NCBI RefSeq assembly: GCF_006345805.1 | Contig: NC_043019.1 | Span: 31,247,360-31,311,359 of the forward strand | DNA length: 64,000 nucleotides | Origin: Octopus sinensis | Lineage: Eukaryota | Direction of reading: 5' to 3' | Shown here: positions 12,762 to 24,993 of the stretch, piece after piece | Numbering within the stretch: position 1 is the stretch's first letter | Layout of the letters: each line of letters opens with the position of its first letter | Position numbers and translations under genes: made by a program | The notes under the pieces: generated by a model | What the model saw: only the letters and a program-made list of their open reading frames with translations | The model's database searches: none | What the model was told of the DNA's origin: nothing

Positions 12762-12853
12762 ATAGAGGAATTTTGTTAAATCGTCGTTCGACTCCATTCT
12801 TTCATTTATCTTATAGTTAGAAAAAAACACACAAATTTCCAACACGAAAGCAT

Positions 12854-12925
12854 GTGATTTCTGCCCTTGGCATGTAGCTCAACCGTGATTTCTGCCCTGG
12901 CATGTAGCTTCACCGTGCTTTCTGA
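12854..12925 (+). repeat. ~31-bp tandem repeat, about 2.3 copies
   Basis: GTGATTTCTGCCC(T)TGGCATGTAGCT...ACC repeated. Confidence 0.8.
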
Positions 12926-13197
12926 CGTAAATTTGCTACCCGGGTATCGGTTAACCGATTATCCATACTAGGATAATCATTCAACTACTTAAACATATAT
13001 ATATATATGTATATATATAATATATATAATATATATATATATATTATATATATTTATTGTTGTAGCTGAGAGAGTCATTCTCTTTTGGTGCCATATAATT
13101 TAACACACACCCTGGTAAAATTTCCACTTGTTTCTTTTTTTTTATTTATTTTATTTTTCTAAATTTTCGTTGCATCTTGCAACCTTTCGATAGTTTT

Positions 13198-13257
<60 letters not shown>

Positions 13258-13496
13258 AATGGTCCAAGTGCACAGGAAACAAAAGGCAGAGGCAAAATTG
13301 AAGGTACAGCAAACAGGTGTATTAGTTTGGCACTTGGAAAAAGTGGAAAAGTCTTTCATGTTTTGAGAGAGAGAGAAAGAGAGTGAGAGAGGGAAAGAAT
13401 ATATGTTTATGTTTACCCACCCATGCCAGCATGGAAGATGGACATTAAACAATCATCATGATGATGATGATATATATAGTGTGTGTGTGTGTGTGT

Positions 13497-13867
13497 GGAG
13501 GCGCAATGGCCCAGCGGTTAGGGCAGCCAACTTGCAGTCTTAGGATCGCAGTTTCAATTACCAGACCGGCCGTTGTGAGTGTTTATTGATCATAAACACC
13601 TAAAGCTCCAAGAGGCTTTGGCAGGGGTGAACCCTGCTGTACTCTTTCACCACAACTTTCTCTCACTCTTTCCTCTTGTTTCTGTTGTGCATGTATTTTA
13701 AAGGGTCAGCCTTGTCACACTGTGTCACGCTGAATCTCCCTGAGAACTATGTTAAGGGTACACATGTCTGTGGAGTGCTCAGCCACTTGCACATTAATTT
13801 CATGAGCAGGCTGTTCCGTTGATTGGATCAACTGGAAAACTCATCATCTTAACCAACGAAGTGCCAA
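13497..13867 (+). mobile_element. tRNA-derived SINE, family C, full length
   Basis: Head GGAGGCGCAATGGCCCAGCGGTTAGGGCAG...GTTTCAATTACC (A/B boxes), ending ...GAAGTGCCAA. Confidence 0.85.
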
Positions 13868-16620
13868 AGGGTGGAGCTGTAGTGGTGTGGCGCGCGGACC
13901 TCTATAGGGCCGAGGCTTTCCGCCAACTCAATGACACCTCCTTCTATTCCCCTCTGCCCTCTAACCCACACGTAGCTACACCAACGACGTATCCTCTACC
14001 GTCCAAGACCTCATCTCGTCCTCCCCTCCCTCCCCCGCACCGCATCCAACCTAATTGTGCGAATCCACGTACCCCCACCATTTACTTCCTCCCCCAAATC
14101 CCAAAACCCAACAACCCTGGCCGCCCCATCGTCTCCGCCTGTACTACTGCCCCACGGAGCTCATCTCTAAATACCTCGACCGTGTCCTTGCCCCCCTAGT
14201 GGCATCTCTTCCCTCCCACATCCTAGATACCAACCATGCTCTCCGGCTTTTCAACTCTTTCTCCTTTCCTCCCGGCTCCTCCAAAATCCTTTTTACTATG
14301 GACATCCAAAGCCTCTATACTGTTATCCCTCACCACGAAGGACTGCAGGCCCTTCGACACTTTCTTGACCTCCGCTCTAACCCTGTACCTGACACCTCCA
14401 CACTCATTCGTCTGGCCGAACTTGTCCTTACTCTGAACTGCTTCTCGTTCGCGGGCGAGTTCTACCATCAGGTCTCGGGAGTGGCCATGGGAACGCGAAT
14501 GGGCCCCAACTATGCGAACCTGTTCGTTGGCTATGTTGAGGCCCAAATATTCTCTAATTTCACTGGTCCCACTCCTGAACTATATGGTCGTTATATTGAC
14601 GACATTATCGGTGCCACCTCACTCTCCCACGAACATCTAGATTCCTTCCTCTCTTTCGTCCAATCTTTCCATCCAGCCCTCCACTTCACTTCCACTATCT
14701 CCAACACCTCTGTCTCCTTCCTCGACATTTCGGTTAGCATTCTTCACTCCACTCTTACCACCTCCATTCACTACAAACACACAGACTCACACTCATACCT
14801 CAACTTCTCTCCTCCCACCCAGAACACACCAAGCTTTCCATCCCCTATTCCCAATTCCTCCGTCTACGTAGGCTCTGTAGTGACGACCATGACTTTGAGA
14901 CTCAGTCTCAACGTATGGCTCACCACTTCACCCTACGTGGATACCCCCTCACCACTATCCACACCGCCCTTGCCAGAGCACGGTCCGTGGACCGTGTATC
15001 TGCTCTCTCTCCCCGAACCCGCCCTGTAGTCTCCCGCCTCCCTTTTCCCCTCACTTACCACCCCACGACCCTACGTCTCCAACGCACCATTCTTCGAGCT
15101 TTCCGTCATCTCCAGTCCGACCCGTCCACTTCACACCTCTTCCCTAACCGACCCCTCCCCTCTTTCAAACGAGCCCACAACCTTCGAGACCTTTTGGTCC
15201 ATAGCTCCTTCCTGACCCTACCTCCCAACCCGGCTCGTTCCCCTGCTCCCGCCCACGTTGCCGCACTTGCCCTTACCTCTCCAACACCACCCGCATCACT
15301 AGCACCCACCATCGACCCTATCCCATCATCCACTCCTTCACCTGCACCTCCAGCAATATTATCTATTGCATCTCTTGCTCTCTCTGCAATTCCTTGTACA
15401 TCGGACAAACGGGACACCGCTTGGCTGACCGGTTCGCGGAACACCTTCGTGACATCCACCTTGCGAACGACACACCGGTCTCACGCCATTTCCGCTCCAC
15501 CGGTCACTCCTTGCAACACCTATCTGTGTTCGGTTTGTCCTTACACAGAGGCCATCCGGATTCCCGTTTGCGCCGTGAACAGGAATTAATCTTCTCTCTT
15601 CGCTCTTATACGCCATTTGGTCTCAACTCTCCCCCCCTACTCATCTAACCCCCCTCTCCCCCTCCTCACCTATCCTTTCTCCCCCGACCCCTACTTCTTC
15701 AGTCCTTCATCCTTTCACCCCTACTCCCCTTCCCTTCTTCCCTCTTTCTCCCTCCCTCTTCCCCTTCCCTCTGCTCCCTCACTCCCTCTCTCCCCTTCTC
15801 TTCCTCCCCTCTCCCTCTTTCCTCCTTCATCCCCCTCCTCACCTTCCTTCTTCCCCATCGTCTCCTCTTCCCCCTTCTCCTCCCCCTCTCTTCCCCTCCC
15901 CTTCTCCCCCCCCTTCTCCCCCTCCCCCTCTTCTCCTCACTACACCACATGACTTACACATCACATCACATATGATGTGCCATACTAATACACACACCAA
16001 CTAATACATACTAATACGTACTAATACATACTAGTACATACTAATACTTACACCAACCCTATACATACACACGTCCAGACTCCGCATACGCACTTATACT
16101 CTCTCACACACACACACCACACCTATACATACCAATACGTACTAATACATACTAATACATACTAATACATACACCAACCCCATACATACGCATGTCCAGA
16201 CCAATCTTACGCACTAATACTCTCTCATACACACACACACACACACACACCCACACATACTAATACATACACCAACCCTATACATACACACATCCAGACC
16301 CCTCCCACGCACTTTTAGCTGGTCCCTCAACCCTTTTATCAACCCTATTATCTCCCCTTATTTCGCTCTCGCGTCTCATGTTTGATCTTTGACCTCTGGC
16401 CGAAATCAGATCGCCATGTTGATTCGTTAGCTACTGCACGCATTTTTTTTCTCTCCTTCTTTCTGTGTTTTTCTCTCTCTGTGTATCTTTCTGTTGAAGA
16501 GCGTAGGCTCGAAACGTTAAAGACTTGTTTTATTTATATTTCCTGAGCGCCATACTAATACAATTGTTCGTTTGTTTTCCACCTGCCTTCGTCTTTTGTT
16601 TATTTTCATAAAGCTTCCCG

Positions 16621-16622
<2 letters not shown>
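13868..16622 (+). mobile_element. 5'-truncated Penelope-like retroelement (Neptune-type): RT + Cys-rich linker + GIY-YIG endonuclease, frameshifted, with long 3' UTR
   Basis: KGGAVVVW, FTMDIQSLYTVIP, GVAMGTRMGPNYANLF and YGRYIDD RT motifs. Joined frames give CSRPRCRTC linker and IIYCISC...LYIGQTG GIY-YIG motif, then RLRREQELIFSLRSYTPFGLN, stop at 15648. 3' end abuts (TA)n. Several frameshifts. Confidence 0.93.
16486..16523 (+). ncRNA. Degenerate minimal hammerhead motif in the Penelope 3' region (A6U core)
   Basis: TCTTT-CTGTTGA-A-GAGC-GTAG-GCTC-GAAA-CGTT-AAAGA: stem I TCTTT/AAAGA, stem II GAGC/GCTC, palindromic AACGTT stem III. Confidence 0.55.
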
Positions 16623-16654
<32 letters not shown>

Positions 16655-16656
<2 letters not shown>

Positions 16657-17195
16657 TTTTATTCTATTACTTGTTTCAGTCGTTAGACTGTGGCCATGCT
16701 GAAGCACTACCTTGAATGGTTTCCATTGAACAAATTGACCCGAGGACTTATTTTTTGCGCCTAGTATTTATTTTATCATTCCCTTTGAACTGAACTGCTA
16801 ACTTACAGGGATGTAAACATAGCAACACTGGTTGTCAAGCAGTAATGGAAGGACAAACACAGATACAAAGACTGGGAATCAAAACTGCGATCCTCTGACC
16901 GTGAGTCTGCTGCCCTAACCACTGGGCCAGTGTGCCTCCACTAAATGCGCACTTTTTTTAAAGCCTAGCTAGGCTCATGGGCCTAGTTTCCCAGTTTCAA
17001 TGGTGTGTGTTTCCCAGCTGGATGGGACACCAGTCCGTCACAGCTTTACTCATTTTTACCAGCTGAGTGGACTGGAGCAACATGAAATGAAGTGTTTTGC
17101 TCAAGAACACAACGCGTCACCTGGTCCAGGAATCGAAACCACAATCTTACGATCATGATGCTGACACCCTAACCACTAAGCCGCATGCCTCCACA
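16655..17195 (-). mobile_element. Cluster of SINE fragments (family A tail, family C head, a further tRNA-headed SINE)
   Basis: TTACTTGTTTCAGTC tail, CCCTAACCACTGGGCCA..GCCTCC head, and GGAATCGAAACC...CCCTAACCACTAAGCC head. Confidence 0.7.
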
Positions 17196-17531
17196 TGAGG
17201 TGATTATACCGGGAGCTTAAACCAGAATTCCAACAAATAGTTTTTGTTATACACCTGATCATTTAATGTCATCAGGGCTAATTAAATTAACGCTTCTACT
17301 TCTGCTGCTGTTGATCAGAATGCTGATATGTTGTGTTATGATTACTATTCGTGCAGTAGGTGAGAAATGGTGTATTTCTGGTGATAGAAATATTCCTTGT
17401 TGTATGTATCTTACTTCCTCGTCTTTCTCTCTTTACGTATACATATATGCATACACACGGAAACGTATGTACATATACACACATAGATATGTACATGCAA
17501 ATGAATGCACAGTCACGCACATTCATAGATC

Positions 17532-17566
<35 letters not shown>

Positions 17567-17609
17567 TCTCTCTATATATATACTATATATATATATATAT
17601 ATATATATA

Positions 17610-18000
17610 GGCGCAGGATGGCTGTGTGATCAGTAGCTTGCTTACCAGCCACATGGTCCTGGGTTCAGTCCCACTGCGTGGAACCTGGGGCAAGTATCTT
17701 CTACTATAGCTTTGGGCTGACCAAAGCCTTGTGGGTGGATTTGGTAGATGGAAACTGAAAGAAGCCCGTCATATATATATGTATATATATATGTGTGTCT
17801 GTTTGTGTGTCTGTGTTTGTCCCCCAACATCGCTTGACAACTGATGCTGGCATGTTTACATCCCCGTAACTTAGCGGTTCGGCGAGAGACCAATCGAATA
17901 ACTACTAGGCTTACAAAGAATAAGTCCTGGGGTCGATTTGTTTGACTAAAGGTGGTGCTCCAGCATGGCCACAGTCAAATGACTGAAACAAGTAAAAGAG
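17610..18000 (+). mobile_element. SINE family A, full length
   Basis: GGCGCAGGATGGCTGTGTG head to GACTGAAACAAGTAAAAGAG tail, inserted next to (TA)n. Confidence 0.9.
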
Positions 18001-18267
18001 TATATATATATATATATATATATGTGCGTATGTACATGTGAGCGTATAAATATATGCATACACAAAAACAAGAATGCAAATGCATGTGCATATAAGGATA
18101 CACAACATAGAAGAACAGAAAGAAATAAGTGGAGCTGGAGCACACACAGAGATGGAAAATGTCGCTGAAGAGTTCACAGATGTGTGACAAAAGATTTCCA
18201 GACAATGGACATGAGTTAAAATAAGAACAATAACAAACGAGTGAAGAACAAAAATATATATATATAA

Positions 18268-18497
18268 GGCGGTGAGCTGGCAGAAACGTTAGCACGCCGG
18301 GTGAAATGCGTTGCCGTATTTCATCTGCCGTTACGTTCCGAGTTCAAATTCTGCCGAGGTCGACTTTGCCTTTCATCCTTCCGGGGTCGATAAATTAAGT
18401 ACCAGTTACGCACTGGGGTCGATGTAATCGACTTAATCCGTGTGTCTGTCCTTGTTTGTCTCCTCTGTGTTTAGCCCCTTGTGGGTAGTAAAGAAAT
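18268..18497 (+). mobile_element. tRNA-derived SINE, family B (GGCGGTGAGCTGGCAGAA...GCCTTTCATCCTT..GGGGTCGATAAA)
   Basis: Recurs at 20940 (-), 28915, 37060 (-), 44430 and 61440 (-). Confidence 0.9.
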
Positions 18498-19843
18498 ATA
18501 TATATATAGTGCATGTGTTTATTTGGCAAAAAAAAAATATTACCATCCCAAATACAACAATATACACTGGGTTTGAACCTGGAGATATGTGGTTGGGTAG
18601 CAAACTCCTTACCATACAGCCACCTATTCTTCTATATATGTATGTGCCTCCAGCATGGATGCACTGAAATAGCACCGGCATGGATGCGTTAAAGTGGCAC
18701 CAGCACCTGAAGGTAACACAGAATCAATGCTGACCAATGACAGTAGCAGTAGTGACCTTGGCAGAAAAGAGAAGAATCAAAAGTGAGAGAACGAGGAAGT
18801 GGCAGACACAAGGAAACAACTTTTAGGTGGAGCTGGTGGTTGGTGCCAACTTTGTTCCCTCTCTTCCTTTTATCCTCGTTGTCCCTCTGATCTATCTCAC
18901 TACACTGTTCCCACCACTTCAGGTAGGCAGGTGGCAATCATCATTGAATATAAAACAACAGCGCTGCACAATGATGATGGTCAATAGAAAAAAAAACAAA
19001 AAAACTGGTAATTCTTTGATTATGATGATGAAGGTTCCAGTTGATCCAATTAATTAAGCAGCTTGCTCATGAAATTAACATGCAAATGGCTGAGCAATCC
19101 ATAGACACACCTTAATGTGGTTCTCAGGTAGAGATTCAGTGTGACAGAATGTGACAAGGCTGGCTCTTTGAAATATAAATATAACTCATTTTTGCCAGCC
19201 GAGTAGACGAGACAAACGTGACACAATATGACACAATGTGCTGCAGGAAATTAAACTCATGATCTTACGACCATGACCCAAAACTATGAAATCAAATGTC
19301 TCCACACACCATGATCAATGAAGACAGATGTACTACAAAATATCTTCTTCAGGTTTTAGCTTTTATTGTTTATTTAAGACAGACAGGCATAAACATCTTG
19401 TCGTTATATACAATATCTTGACAGAAAGAAAAAGAGGTTTTAACTGGACAAGCTTTCAACTTTTGTTGGAATTTCATCATTAATTGTAATTTATTAATCA
19501 AGCTTCCTGTGAAGAATGCATTATATATGAGAAATGGTCAATTAGATTTACTTAAATCGAGGGAAATAGTGGGTTTCTGAGACAGTGTCCCTGTGGACAA
19601 TTAAAGATGGTTGGTTCTTAATCATTCATGAAATTCTAACATAGGAGTGGAATTAGTTTGGGTTGTTACCTTTTCTTCTGTTCACAAAGATACTGTATCA
19701 GGAAGATTAGACAAGATGCTTACATCTCTCTCCCTCTCTCTCTCTCTCTCTCTTTCTCTCTCCAAATCTCCCCCTCGCTTCAAATTTCTAAGACGACTCT
19801 CACACATACACACACTGTGAGTGCAACACCCTAACCACTAAAC

Positions 19844-19875
<32 letters not shown>

Positions 19876-20940
19876 CTAGCTGGGTACCCAGTAATTCCTG
19901 GGGGTAAAGATGTTTTATTGAAATGCCTTATTACTAATGAAAGCAATTTCATTATAACTGCCACAAAAGGTGTATTTTCCATCATCAAAAAGTACAAAAA
20001 AACTATCAGCTGGAGGAGAGAGAGATTGTTAGAGGTTGACAAGACAGGTTTTCAGAGGTTAGCAAGAAAGATTGTCAGAGGTTGGCGAGAGGCAAACATT
20101 ATCCTGCTTAGCGAAGGCATCTGGGAAATGTATAACTGCTGTCATTCACAGAAATACTATTGTTTTACCGTGAGAAAAGCGCTGTTGAAGTGTTAAATGA
20201 AATTTGGCAATCAAGGATCGAAACCATGCTATGCCCGCATGAAGCCACTACAAATACATTGTGAAATAACAAATTTATCTACTGTCATGGATAAAGTGTA
20301 TCTATAAAAATGCAGAATTATTGGAGTAATGGGCATTCAAAAAAGTCTGTATGTATAGAAATGTATGAATGAAGTCTTTAATGTTCAAGATTCAAATTAG
20401 GAAGTGCTATAATATTTAGCAGTTCAAAACTGTGAGTAGTGAAATGCAGAATTAGATCGGCTGCTTGTGAGAATCAAATATTGATCACTTCACTAAAATC
20501 TGCAGGTGGTATTGGTTATTTCCCTTGGGCTCTTTAAATAAAATATTAGTAATATGTAGTAGATAGAAGGATCCATTCGAAGGGCCGTATTATCAATTTT
20601 TTCAAAAATCTATGTCATGAGGTTTCCAGACATGAGTTATAATAATGTGTCAAATAAAGTATAAAAGTGATATTGTCTGCAAAAATTAGAAATAGGACAC
20701 ACAAAAAAATCAATATTCAAAGTAATTGAACATAAACAATGAAATGTATTATTTCCCTTGAGTGTTTTACAAAAATATTGTACTGGTGGTATAGGCTTCC
20801 CTTCGGTGTTTAAAAAAATTAGTTATATGAGGTAGATATAAAGGTCCCTTCCAGGGGCCGTATTATTGATTTTTTTCAACAATCTAAGTATGTCATGAGG
20901 TTTCCAGACATGAGTTCTACTCCCATGTCAAGTTTCAACA
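19876..20940 (-). mobile_element. Non-autonomous Helitron, 3' end (5' extent uncertain)
   Basis: Minus strand ends CCCAG-GAATTA-CTGGG hairpin, TACCCAG, CTAG|T. Internal ~95-bp direct repeat near 20545-20640 and 20820-20915. Confidence 0.6.
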
Positions 20941-21127
20941 AACAAGGACAGACAAAGGGATTAAGTCGAGTACAACGACCCCAGTGCGTAACAAGTACTT
21001 AATTTATCGACCCTGAAAGGATGAATGGTAAAGTTGACCACAGCAGAATTTGAACTCAGAACATAAAGACAGACTAAATACTGCTAAGCATTTCACCTAG
21101 TGTGCTAACGTTTCTGCCAGCTCACCT
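20940..21127 (-). mobile_element. SINE family B
   Basis: Reverse complement of 18268-18497 motifs. Confidence 0.85.
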
Positions 21128-21304
21128 TATATATATATGTGTGTACATATGTTAAAAGAAAAAAGTGGTCAAAAAATCCAGGCAGATCTCAATATAAAAT
21201 AATTCACTTTTAAACAAATTTAGTTAACTATATCCTACAATCAGACATCAATAAATGCAAGGAGAATACACATCCAAGGTAATTCCTTGTGTATGATAAG
21301 TATA

Positions 21305-21715
21305 GGCGCAGAAGTGGCTGTGTGGTAAGTAGCTTGCTAACCAACCACATGGTTCCGGGTTCAGTCCCACTGCGTGGCATCTTGGGCAAGTGTCTTCTGC
21401 TACAGCCCCGGGCCGACCAATGCCTTGTGAGTGGATTTGGTAGACGGAAACTGAAAGAAGCCTGTCGTATATATGTATATATATATGTGTGTGTGTGTGT
21501 GTTTGTGTGTCTGTGTTTGTCCCCCTAGCATTGCTTGACAACCAAAGCTGGTGTGTTTATGTCCCCGTCACCTAGCAGTTTGGCAAAAAGAGACCGATAG
21601 AATAAGTACTGGGCTTACAAAGAATAAGTCCCGGGGTCGATTTGCTCGACTAAAGGCGGTGCTCCAGCATGGCCGCAGTCAAAATGACTGAAACAGGTAA
21701 AAGATAAAAGATAAA
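21305..21715 (+). mobile_element. SINE family A, full length
   Basis: Head-to-tail match; shares diagnostic variants with the 30551 copy. Confidence 0.9.
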
Positions 21716-22055
21716 AAGATAAGATCCAAATATCATTTAAAAGAATTTGAGAAATTCAGAGTATTAGACAAGAAAAATATAGAAAGATGACAATGACTTC
21801 GAAGTTTTAGCCTCTGAACCATCATCAAACTGTTTAAGGAAGTAGATAGTCTGGCAAAGAGTACATATTTAATAATAAACATGTACTCTACGAAAAAGTA
21901 TTGAGATTCTATATATAACTTCACATTAAAACAAACATTAATATTATACATACATGCGTGTATATATGTGAATTATACATGTGCTCTTGGTTGTGTTGTT
22001 GCTTTCCTTTTATTCAATAACATCCATTATATATCTATGATAGTGTGTGTGCGCA

Positions 22056-22095
<40 letters not shown>

Positions 22096-22269
22096 CCTTA
22101 CCATTCCTCTCTTTTCTACTTCTTTTTCTTCGTCTTTATAACTTCAATCTATTACTTCCTCCTAGGCTTCTACCATTAATTTTGTTTCCATCTTTTTTGC
22201 TACAATTCCTACATTTTTTTCCTTCTACTATTTTTTTTTTTTTTTACTCCCAATGGAATCTATCTACCT

Positions 22270-22604
22270 GACTACCTGTTGACCTACCTACCTACCTGCC
22301 TGCCTGCCTGCCTGCTTCCTTACCTACCACCATCCATTCCAATCTACTTCCTACTTTAGTATCACTGCTTGATTCATCATTTCTTACTATCAAATGAGTA
22401 TTACTCAATCTGATCTATACTATACTCCTGTTTAAGCATTTCTATTGATTGTCTCTCTCTTTAACTATCTACCTGTCTGTCTGTCTGTCTGTCTATCATC
22501 TATCTATCTAACTACATACCTACCAACCTATCTAAATATCTACATATCCATCTGTATACCTACCTATCTACCTTCTACCTAACTATCCTGCCTACCTACT
22601 TATC

Positions 22605-22645
<41 letters not shown>

Positions 22646-22801
22646 ATTTCTCTCACTTTCTCTGTCTCTATATATCTTTCTATCTATCTGTCTATCTCTC
22701 TGTCTATCTATCTATCTGCATCTCTACCTGTCTATGACTGCCTGCCTGCCGGCCTATCTGTCTGTCTATATTCCTATCTATCTATCTATCAATCTATTTA
22801 A

Positions 22802-22849
<48 letters not shown>

Positions 22850-22944
22850 TTAGCTTATATCTCTCTCTCCCTATCTTGTTCTCTCTCTCTCTATCTATCT
22901 ATTTAATTATCTGTGTATCCATCTATCTATCTATCTGTCTGTCC

Positions 22945-23014
<70 letters not shown>

Positions 23015-23085
23015 TTAGCTTATATCCCTATCTCTCTCTCTCTCTCTCACTCTCTAACTATCTATCTATCTATCTACCTAGCTAC
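22270..23085. repeat. (CTAT)n/(CT)n/(CCTG)n microsatellite field
   Basis: Direct reading. Confidence 0.9.
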
Positions 23086-23607
23086 CAATCAGCTTTTAAG
23101 TCATAATGTACTCTCCCGCCCTTCTTCCTTCTGCCTCCCTCACTCACTCTCCTTAGTCTTCCTTATCTAGTTTTACCCACATATCCAATCTCTATCTCTC
23201 TCCCACTCACTCTCTTATCCCCCTCCCCCTCTCTCTCATTCTAGCTAGTTTTACTTTTCTCACTAATTACCAACCTGTGCTTTTTTTTCTCTTGCTTCTC
23301 TCTCTCTCTCTCTCTTGACATTGATAAACATTTGTATTTGTAAACAACAAAGTAAAAAAAAAAAGCAGTCGATACATTAAATAGACTGTATATATTTTTT
23401 GTTAGCGGCATGCATAATCTCAATATGTCACACACATATTTGTATAGAAACTTATATACACAAACATATTTGCAAAGAGGATGCCATATGTATGTATAAA
23501 CGCAAGACCATTCATAAGGTAGAAGAAAATTTCGCACCTGCTGAATCAACAATTTAGCTTCAATTCATGAATTTGCTTGCTTTAAGAAGTTGGCTCTATA
23601 AGTTTAA

Positions 23608-23835
23608 CCCTTTCGTTACTAACCCGGCTGAAACTGGCCCTGGCTCTGGCTCTGTAGTACTAATGTCCTGTTTCCATAAGTTTTGAATAAAAATCTTCCA
23701 TCAAACCTTAACCACAATTTATGTTTCTAACACTAGCTTAATGATAACTAAGTTATTTTATTAAATTCTTTGTTATATTTAAAACTAATTGAAAGAAACA
23801 CTGAGCATCTCAACAGAAATATGGTAACAAAAGAG
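23608..23835. mobile_element. piggyBac-like MITE with TTAA target duplications
   Basis: TTAA|CCCTTTCGTTAC ... GTAACAAAAGAG|TTAA. Confidence 0.8.
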
Positions 23836-23865
23836 TTAAAAGCCCTCATGCCGGTACCACATTAA

Positions 23866-24086
23866 CTCTTTCATTACCAACCCACCTGAAACTGGCTCTG
23901 GCTCTGTAGTATAAATGTCCTGTTTTCATAAGTTTTGAATAAAAATCTTCCACCAAACCTTAGTCACAATTTATGTTTCTAACACTAGCTTAATGATAAC
24001 TAAGTTATTTTATTAAATTCTTTGTTATATTTAAAATAACTGAAAGAAACACAGAGTATATCGAAATAAAGACGGTAACGAAAGGG
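23866..24086. mobile_element. Second copy of the same piggyBac-like MITE
   Basis: TTAA|CTCTTTCATTAC ... GTAACGAAAGGG|TTAA; interior matches 23608-23835. Confidence 0.8.
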
Positions 24087-24494
24087 TTAATCATAACTTA
24101 AGCAGGGTTCAGTCTCTGCTTCTTTGACTTTCCTTTCACAAGTATGACTTAATAATATTGACCAGTTGCAGGTCAATATACTGGCAAACACACACACACA
24201 CATATACATGCATACATACACAGACTCACATATATTAATCAACAGCATTATAGATTTATTTCAGCCATTCTTATCAAATGGTTTTGCACAGGATATTAGA
24301 TAACTGAGCGGTTATCTATATACAAATTCTCATCAGAGATGGCAGGTAAGGAAAACAGTGTGAAACTGTTCGGCAGGATTGGCTGTAATGGAGCCTTAGA
24401 TGCTTTCATACACACACACACACATACACACACTCATATATCATCATCAGCATCAGCATCATTTAAAGTTCACCTTCTATGCTGGCATGGGTGG

Positions 24495-24993
24495 ATATTT
24501 ATATATGTGACCACGTGTGTATTATTGGCGATTTTTTTCTCCATCTTCCCTTCCTTGGACCTTTCCTTTCTCTATGTTTCTGACGAAGAGCTCCGCTCTA
24601 AGTGCTAAATCCTCCTTCTGTCTTTTCTTTCCTGAGCGTCCAATAACACTATACTTGTTCCACGTCCTCACGGTGTTGTGTTTTCTCTTTGTGTTTTCAT
24701 GTTTGGATTAACTGTATATATATATATATACATACACACACACAACTTCTATACACAATTTTCCTCAAATAATGGAACTGCAACTACAATATCTTTACAT
24801 ATCTTATTTCTACTTTCATTCTCTTATTTTCCTCTATATTACTTATCTTTTCCACAATAATTAGAACTCAAATATTTTTTCACACCGTCTCTGATGAAGG
24901 GATATCCATAATATCCCAGAAACAGCCATAAGACTATTTCATTATAAATGTCCTGAAAACTCCTCACAGCCTTGGAGTTGTTATCTTATTCTG

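Larger units (their letters stand above)
12410..12810. repeat. 401-bp near-perfect palindrome (two ~200-bp arms, ~95% identical), Penelope pseudo-LTR-like sequence in inverted arrangement
   Basis: GATAAATGAAAGAATGGAGTCG... at 12410 is the reverse complement of ...CGACTCCATTCTTTCATTTATC ending at 12810. Centre CATAGTAAT-A-ATTACTATG at 12611. About 9-10 differences counted by eye. Confidence 0.97.

Noticed and set aside
13497-13565. tRNA-like heads here and in other SINE copies
   Set aside because: A/B boxes continue into SINE bodies and lack a complete cloverleaf, so they are not tRNA genes.
18130-18190. EMENVAEEFTDV, weakly like otoferlin exon 2
   Set aside because: No acceptor or donor, followed by a stop, and the similarity is too low.
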